Source of the DNA: Vulcanimicrobiota bacterium
Lineage (GTDB): Bacteria > Vulcanimicrobiota > Vulcanimicrobiia > Vulcanimicrobiales > Vulcanimicrobiaceae
Length of the DNA: 64,000 nt
Reading direction: 5' to 3'
Assembly: GCA_963820825.1 (NCBI GenBank)
Contig: CAWGBN010000002.1
Location: forward strand, 256,001-320,000
Shown here: piece by piece, positions 57,404 to 64,000 of the stretch
Layout: each line of letters opens with the position of its first letter
Numbering within the stretch: position 1 is the first letter of the stretch
Translations under genes and position numbers: made by a program
Notes under the pieces: model-generated
The model's database searches: none
Told to the model about the DNA's origin: nothing
The model's input: only the letters and a program-made list of their open reading frames with translations

Positions 57404-59701
57404 TCACAACGACACCGTATAGACGGTTCCACCGCCGTACGTGCCCCCTTGCGTCGTGGTGCCGTATAGGAGGCCGTTGATGTTGACAAGTCCGGCTCTC
57501 GGTCGTGCGCCGTCATAGCCGTTTCCGAAGTCCCAGAGGACGGTCAACGTGCCGTCGTGCGTGATCGAATAGAGCGTCCCTTGCCCGAAGGTGCCGCCGC
57601 TGGAGGTCGTCCCGTAGAGCGTGCCGTTTACATTGACGAGTCCGCCGTACGGATCGGTGCCGTCGCCCGAGCCGCCGCCGAAGCTGTGGAGGACGGTTTC
57701 CATTCCGTAGGGCGTGATCGAGTAGATCGTTCCGCGACCGTACGCACCGCCGTTAAGGGTCGTTCCATACATCGTGCCGTTGAGGTTGACGAGTTGCCCA
57801 TACTGCGGGTTGGTGCCATCCCCCGAGCCGCCGCCGAAGCTGTGGAGCACAGTCTCTTTGCCCGTTTTCGAAGCGATCGCGAAGACGGTTCCGTTGCCGT
57901 ACGCTCCGCCTGAAGTGGTCGTACCGTAAACCGTGCCGCCGACGTCGAGCAGCGGAGCGTGCGGAGCCGTACCGTCCGCGGAGCTGCCGCCGAAATTGTG
58001 GAGCACCGTCTCCCCTCCCGACGTCTTGACCGAGAAGGCCGTCCCAGCGTTATATACGCCACCTGACGTGGTCGTGCCGTAGAGCTTGCGCCCGACTCTA
58101 ACGAGGCCGCTAATCGGGTTCTGGCCGTCCGAGCCGGTGTAGAAACTCTTCAGCACGCTTTCCGTTCCGAAGCCGGTGATCGAGTAGATCGATCCGGCGT
58201 TGTAGGCGCCACCGGATGGAGTCGTGCCGTAGAGCGTGCCGTTACGATTGACTAGGCCGGCATATGGGTTTGCGCCATCCGGACTACCGGTGAAGCTGTG
58301 TAGTACGGTCTCCGCGCCGTAAGAAGGTGCGATCGAGTAGATCGTTCCCGCGTTGGACGCGCCCCCATTGACCGTCGTGCCGTACAGCGTACCGCTGACG
58401 TTGAGTAACGGAGCCATAGGATCTGTGCCATCACCCGAGCCGCCGCCAAAGTTGTGGATCACGCTCTCCGAAATGGGAATCGGGAGCGCAAAAACGGTGC
58501 CTACATTATTCGCGCCGCCCTCGGACGTCGTTCCATAGAGTGTACCGCTGAATGCATGGAGCTGCGCTGTGGGTTCGTAGGCGTCGGAGCCAAAACTATA
58601 AAGCACAGTTTCCGCGCCGCTCGGCGTGACGCTGAAAACGGTTCCATCGTAACCGCCGCCGTAGATCGTCGTGCCATAGAGCGTTCCCCCGAACGCAAGC
58701 AGTGCTGCCACGGGATTTGCGCCGTCCCCTGAGCCGCCGATGAAGCTGTGCAGCACGGTTTCCGCGCCGCTCGTAGTAATGCTGAAAACGGTTCCGCAAC
58801 CGGTGCTGTCGTTGCAGTCAGATCCACTGCCTCCATATTCGGTCGTGCCGTACAGCACGCCGTCGAGATCAGCGAGGCCCGCCATAGGGTTTTCGCCGTC
58901 GCCCGGGCCGAAGTCGTGCAGGACCCTTTCTGTGCCGCTGGTTGTAATACTGAAAACCGTTCCGCAGCCAGAGCCGAACAAGCATGCAGAGCTCCCGCCG
59001 CCGGCAGTCGTGCCGTAAAGCACGCCGTTCAAGGCAACCAAGCCCGCGCGAGGATCGGAACCGTCGCCAGAGGCACCAAAGCTATGCAGCACCGTTTCAC
59101 TCCCGCTCGGAGTGATGCTGAAAACGGTTCCTTTATTGTGTGTTCCCCCTCCAGCGGTCGTGCCGTAGAGCACGCCGTTCAGCTCAACAAACCCCGCTTG
59201 GGGCGTGTTTCCGTCGCCGGAACCACCAAAGGTGTGCAGCACCGTTTCGATGCCGCCGGACGTTACACTGAAGACGGTTCCAGCGTAATTCGACCCGCCG
59301 TCTTCGGTCGTGCCGTAGAGCGCTCCATTGAGGGGAGTCACTTTGGCCTTGGGGTGAGCACCGTCACTGCCATTCTCGAAGCTGTGCAACACCGCTTCGC
59401 TACCGCCCGTGGTGATGCTAAAGACGGTGCCGGCGCCGCCGGCGCCGCCGTAATAGGTGGTGCCATAGAGCAGGCCGTCGAGAACAACCAGTCCTGCCAA
59501 GGGACCCGCGCCATCCGCGCCGCTGAAGCTATGCAGGATCCGAAAGCCTCCGCTGCTTGTGCCGTGCCGAACGTTCGCGCTATGACGAACGTTCGCACCG
59601 TGCATTGCCGCTGAGGGAAGGACGCCATTGCTGCCGCTGCACGCGGCTAGAAATGCCGCGCTGACGCACGCGCTGACCAACTTTTCTAAGCGCTTACTCA
59701 C
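57404..59701 (-). CDS. choice-of-anchor tandem-repeat (GloVer-type) lipoprotein
   Basis: Lipobox LAAC; about 14 repeats of LYGTT..GG...GTVFS.T..G.ETVLHSF..DG..P. Confidence 0.88.
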   Translation of the reverse strand: MSKRLEKLVSACVSAAFLAACSGSNGVLPSAAMHGANVRHSANVRHGTSSGGFRILHSFSGADGAGPLAGLVVLDGLLYGTTYYGGAGGAGTVFSITTGGSEAVLHSFENGSDGAHPKAKVTPLNGALYGTTEDGGSNYAGTVFSVTSGGIETVLHTFGGSGDGNTPQAGFVELNGVLYGTTAGGGTHNKGTVFSITPSGSETVLHSFGASGDGSDPRAGLVALNGVLYGTTAGGGSSACLFGSGCGTVFSITTSGTERVLHDFGPGDGENPMAGLADLDGVLYGTTEYGGSGSDCNDSTGCGTVFSITTSGAETVLHSFIGGSGDGANPVAALLAFGGTLYGTTIYGGGYDGTVFSVTPSGAETVLYSFGSDAYEPTAQLHAFSGTLYGTTSEGGANNVGTVFALPIPISESVIHNFGGGSGDGTDPMAPLLNVSGTLYGTTVNGGASNAGTIYSIAPSYGAETVLHSFTGSPDGANPYAGLVNRNGTLYGTTPSGGAYNAGSIYSITGFGTESVLKSFYTGSDGQNPISGLVRVGRKLYGTTTSGGVYNAGTAFSVKTSGGETVLHNFGGSSADGTAPHAPLLDVGGTVYGTTTSGGAYGNGTVFAIASKTGKETVLHSFGGGSGDGTNPQYGQLVNLNGTMYGTTLNGGAYGRGTIYSITPYGMETVLHSFGGGSGDGTDPYGGLVNVNGTLYGTTSSGGTFGQGTLYSITHDGTLTVLWDFGNGYDGARPRAGLVNINGLLYGTTTQGGTYGGGTVYTVSL

Positions 59702-59791
59702 CGATCTAACCCGCTTTCTAAAAAGCGACGCGAGAGCGCGCGATGCCGATCGGAGCGGCGCATGCCATGATCATCCTGTTCGTCGCGCGGC

Positions 59792-61088
59792 TCACAACGA
59801 GTACAACTTGAAGAGCGTTCCATAATAATAGCCGTTACCGACCTGCGGGCCGCCTCCATTGGTACTGCCGTAGAGCGTGCCCCCGAGCATGGTGAGGGGC
59901 GCCTGCGAATCTCCGCCGCCCGGTGTGCCGCCGAAGGCCCAAAGAGGGGTTACCGCGCCTGAGGGCGTCATCGAGAACACCGTTCCGTCGTCGTACACGC
60001 CGCCGCCGCCAGTCGTGCCGTAGAACAAGCCCTTGCCGGAAACGAAGATGAGACCTGCGCCACGGATTGAAGCCGCTATAGCTACCATCGGAAAAGGTGT
60101 CGAAGTGGTAGACGACGGCCTCCGCGCCGGAGGGCATGACCGAGTAGACCGTACCGCAGCCGCCACGACATTGATTGTTATAAGCGTTGCCACCGCCCTG
60201 AACAGTCGTGCCGTAGAACGTGCCATTGACGTTCACGAGCCTTCCTCCATTCGGCGTGCCGCCGTCGTAAGGATAGCCGGCGAAGCTGTGGAGCACCGTC
60301 TCCGTACCGGTCGCCCTAGAGACCGCGAAGACCGTTCCCTCGTTGTTCGCGCCCCCGTACTCGGTCGTCCCGTAGAGCGTGGGGCCGACGTGGAGCAGCG
60401 GAGATATCGGGTGTGTGCCGTCCCCGAGACGCCGAAGCTGTAGAGGACGACCTCCGCGCCGGAAGGCGTCATCGAGAAGACCGTTCCCCCGTCGTACACG
60501 CCCCCATTCTCGGTCGTGCCATAGAGCTTGCCCCCGACATAGGTGAGGCCGGCATATGGGTTTTGGCCGTCCGAGCCGGGGTAGAAACTGTGAAGCACGC
60601 TTTCGGTTCCGGAGGTTGTGATCGAGTAGACTGTCCCGGCGTTGTACGCGCCTCCATCGTTGGTCGTGCCGTAGAGCGTGCCGTTGGCGTTGACGAGGCC
60701 GTCAGACGGATTGTAACCGTCATAAGGGCCGCCGAAGCTGTAAAGCAGGCTATAGCGCCGGAAGGCGCCATGGAGTAGACCGTTCCGATGCGGTTGGCAC
60801 CGCCGTGGTTGGTGATGCCGTACAGCGTGCCGCCGACGTTGACGAGCGGCCCTGGGGATAGGCGCCGTCTCCAGGAGCGCCGCCGAAGTCGTGGAGATAG
60901 GTCAAGGTCTCGCTGGCCTTTTTGACTCGGTGCCCCGCGTGGTCGCCAAAGGCGGCCCGCGTGCGGACTGATTGCGTCCCGACCTGCGATCCGACCGAGG
61001 TAGGCGTTGACGTAGAAAAACCGTTGCCGCACGCGGCTAAGAGCGCTGTGCTAAGGCACGCGCCGACGAACCCGTATGATCGTTTCAT
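59792..61088 (-). CDS. GloVer-type tandem-repeat lipoprotein (several frameshifts)
   Basis: Lipobox LAAC; the same repeat is split over several frames. Confidence 0.8.
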
Positions 61089-61139
61089 TTACCCTCCCCG
61101 CAACGGACGGTGGATGATGCCACCACAATTGGAACATTC

Positions 61140-61206
61140 CATCCATAATGACGCTGCGTCGCCATCGGCGGAACGGACACTTGGACAACTGACTTGGACA
61201 AGTGGA
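61140..61206 (-). promoter_or_regulatory. duplicated promoter/operator element, copy 2
   Basis: Near-identical to 57322-57388; lies upstream of the GloVer gene at 61088. Confidence 0.7.
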
Positions 61207-61238
61207 AGCCTTGCCGCCGCGGAGAGCCGCCGGCCGGC

Positions 61239-63747
61239 CTATTCGATCAGCAGCGCCTCAGAGGAAGCGTGAGCCTCGGACCAGGTGCTTCCTTCGGAGA
61301 TCAAAGCATCCGTCTCCGCACCGAGCGCGTCGCGGGCGGCCGCTACGATCTGCTCGTGTTCGCTTCGCTCGGTGAAATCGCGATGCAGCCCGAACTCCGC
61401 GACGCGAGCGTCGACGAAGCCGAGCAAACGGGCAGCGCGTCGCCGCTGTTCGCCCGCGAGCGCGGTGTCGGAAATGGGCCGTAGCGCCGCGACCGCGGCG
61501 AGATGTTGGATCGCCCACACGACCGCGCTGGTCATGCCGCGTTCGCGCGCGAGAGCGAGCGCTTCGCGCGCGTTCAACACGCTCGCGTCCCAGCGGCAGA
61601 GCGCGACTTCGTACGCGGCAAGGTTGCACAGATCGTAGGCTACGGCGTCGGGGTCGTTCAACGCGCCGTCGGCCTCGAGCGCTTCGTTCGCCAGGCGTAA
61701 CGCCTCGACCGCGTTTCCACTCTTGAACTCGAGTTCGGCCAGGTTCAGCGCCACGTGCGCGGCGGGCCGCGAGGCGCCGAGCGCTTTGAAGAGCGTCAGG
61801 GCTTCGGCGAAGAGGCGCCGCGCCGAGTCGGCATCTCCGCTTCCAAGTTCCAACGCGGCGAGGTAGAGTAGGGCGGCTCCGACCGCGCGACGCGCGCCTA
61901 ATGCACGGCATTCGTCCAGCGCCGCACGTAAGTCCGATTCCGCTGCCTTCGTCTCTCCCAACATCCCTCGAGCGGCGCCGGCGAACAAACGCGCCAGCGC
62001 GCTCCCCCGCGGTTCGCCCAGCTCGGAGAAGTCGGCCAAAGCTCGCTGTGCCGACGCTGCGGCATTCCCATACTGCTGCGCGAGCATCGCAAGGTGTGCC
62101 GCCGATAAGTCGAGCCACGCTCTAATGCGATCCGGTCGCGATCCGTCGCACACGTCGAGCCCGGCGCGTACCCAAGTGAGGCCCTCTGACGGCGCCAACG
62201 TGAACCAAACGGCGCGCAGCGCGACGACCAGTCGCAGGCCGATGCTGAGGTCGCCCTCGGGGGCGAAGGCCCATCTCAAGGCGGTGCGCCAATTTTCCAA
62301 CTCCGGCTCGGCGGCCGCCTTCCATGGAAGGTCCGGCGTCGCGTCCCACTGCGCTTCCAGTCGCTCGGCCAACGCGAGGTATGCCTGCGCGTGCGCCAAT
62401 GCTGCTGCGCCGAGCTCGCCGTGCGCGATGAGCTGCTCGTGCGCGTATGCGCGCATCGATTCGAGCAAGCGAAACCGCGTTGCGCCGCCGATACTCTCCG
62501 TATGCACGAGCGATTTCTCGACGAGCGATGCCAGGAGATCGAAGGACGCTTCACTCGCATTCTCGCCGGTTACGGCTGCTACGGAGTCGAGCGAGAAGTC
62601 GCCTGAGAAAACGCCCAACGTCCGAAGGAGTTTGCATTCACTCTCCGACAGCAGGTCGTAACTCCAATCGATCAATGCACGCAACGTCTGTTGGCGAGGA
62701 ATCGATCTGCGCCGGCCGCTGGTCAGTACGCTGAAGCGTTGGTCGAGTCTCTCGGCGATCTCTGTTGTCGAAAGCACGCTCGTACGAGCGGCGGCGAGCT
62801 CGATCGCCAACGGTATACCGTCGAGCCGCGTGCAGATCTCGCCCACGACCGGAGCAATCTCGTCTGTTAAGCTGAAGGCGGCGTGCGCAGCCTCTGCGCG
62901 CTCGGCGAAGAGTTCGACGGCACCGTAACGCCGCGCTTCCGCTGCGCTCAGCGTCTTCGTGGGCGGCACCGCCAGTGCCGGCACACGATAGACATGCTCT
63001 GCGGTAATGTCCAAGGGCTCGCGACTGGTCGCGAGAATTCGAATATTTGGAGCGCGATGTAGAATCGCATCGACGACGCGTGCCGCTTCCTCGATCAGGT
63101 GCTCGCAGTTGTCGACGATGAGCACCAGACGGCGGGGTTGCAGATACTCCAAGACGACGTCGAGCAGCGGACGTCCCTCATGCTCTGCGAGGCCGAAGGT
63201 TGACGCGATCGCCTGGACGGGTGAAGCGGCTTCGTTAAACGTCGCCAGCTCGACGAGCCAGACGCCGTCGCCGGAGTCTTCGAGTAAGGCCTCACCGACG
63301 TCTAGCGCGAGTCGCGTCTTTCCGATGCCGCCGGCGCCGACCAGCGTCGTCAGGGGGTGTGCATATACCAGCGGCGTGATCTGGGCAAGTTCGATCTCGC
63401 GGCCGATCAAGGGAGTCACTTGCCGAGGCAGATTGTTTAGAATGAGCTCGCGCCGACGCGCCGGTCCACGGCCCAACCGTTACCGCTTCCACGCGCGCGG
63501 GCGCCGAGCGCGCCGCGGCCTCGAACTGCGCGCGTTGGTCGGCGTCGAGCGCCAGCGCGTCAGCCAAGAGCGCGATCGTCTTAGATTGGGGCTTGCGCCG
63601 GTGCCCGCGTTCTAGGGCGCTGATCGCGAATGCGCTCATTCGGGCGCGTTCAGCCAAGGCTTCTTGCGATAGTCCGGCGGCAAGCCGATAGTGCCGCAAA
63701 AGCTTCCCGAAGTCCGGGGAAAGGGGCAAGCGTTCGGCGTCCTGCAT
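61239..63747 (-). CDS. XRE-HTH + NB-ARC/STAND ATPase + TPR regulator (frameshift near 63470)
   Basis: FGKLLRHYRLAAGLSQEALAERA..LERG (XRE), then NNLP..LIGR, GAGGIGKT, LIVDNCEH, LDGIPLAIELAA, RQQTLRALIDWSY and a TPR tail. Confidence 0.9.
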
Positions 63748-63800
63748 TCCCGCAGCAACCTTCGCCGCGACTCGATTAGCTCCCGTAGGCCCTTCGGCGG

Positions 63801-64000
63801 TTACTGCCGCAGTTTGATTCCCGTTCCGTACCCTTTCTTGCCGCCGTATGTCGTCGTTCCGTAAAATGCGCGGTGCGAGTAGAGGAGTGCGTCGCGCGGA
63901 CTACCGCCGTTGGCGCCCCCCTTAAATCGGTAGACCATCTTGTACGCCGGATTTGATGACGACGGCGCAAAGCTGAAGATGGTCCCGCAGCCGATCTCCG
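63801..64000 (-). CDS. C-terminus of another GloVer-type repeat protein (runs off the window; frameshift near 63920)
   Basis: Manual translation GCGTIFSF..VYRFKG / ANGGSP..FYGTTTYGGKKGYGTGIKLRQ-stop (TAA at 63801-63803). Confidence 0.7.
   Translation of the reverse strand, partial: EIGCGTIFSFAPSSSNPAYKMVYRFKGGANGGSPRDALLYSHRAFYGTTTYGGKKGYGTGIKLRQ

Noticed and set aside
57404..61088. Periodic DNA repeats as a CRISPR array
   Set aside because: They are degenerate in-frame protein repeats (LYGTT..GG); there are no identical repeat-spacer units and no cas genes
57348..61206. 41-bp direct repeats as att sites or transposon ends
   Set aside because: No integrase or transposase; both copies sit at promoter positions and have internal direct repeats, which fits an operator better. 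A recombination role is not fully excluded.
1..64000. Most other long overlapping ORFs; tRNA/rRNA genes
   Set aside because: The ORFs are Arg/Ala/Pro-rich antisense or shadow frames typical of high-GC DNA; no cloverleaf or rRNA signature was recognised by eye

Overview
GC-rich bacterial window. The protein families (GloVer tandem-repeat proteins, many beta-propeller lipoproteins, STAND/LuxR regulators) suggest Candidatus Eremiobacterota/Vulcanimicrobiota; this is inferred, not proven. Layout: (1) 1-19.2 kb is housekeeping: a nagZ-like GH3, an ABC ATPase, a double-DTG aspartyl protease, and an alpha-glucan cluster (GH63, amylo-alpha-1,6-glucosidase, glgB, glgX, malQ, fused M1P-guanylyltransferase/phosphomannomutase). 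A fluoride riboswitch plus CPA2 antiporter sits inside this cluster. These genes carry many indels that look like long-read errors. (2) 19.2-24.8 kb is a visibly lower-GC cassette with two unknown secreted proteins, a TPR-like/LuxR-HTH regulator and a 66-aa exported Gly-rich peptide with a repeated core motif. This candidate peptide-signalling pair is the best lead for a new system. (3) 24.9-31.6 kb holds a GT4, PCD, a Cyc2-like cytochrome-porin, YceI, DUF302 and an M28 peptidase with Glu-to-His at the catalytic position. (4) 32-64 kb is an accessory region with about 15 lipoproteins (Vgb, Kelch, S53, GloVer), two STAND-type regulators and duplicated operator-like DNA. No rRNA, tRNA, CRISPR array, integrase or transposase was recognised.
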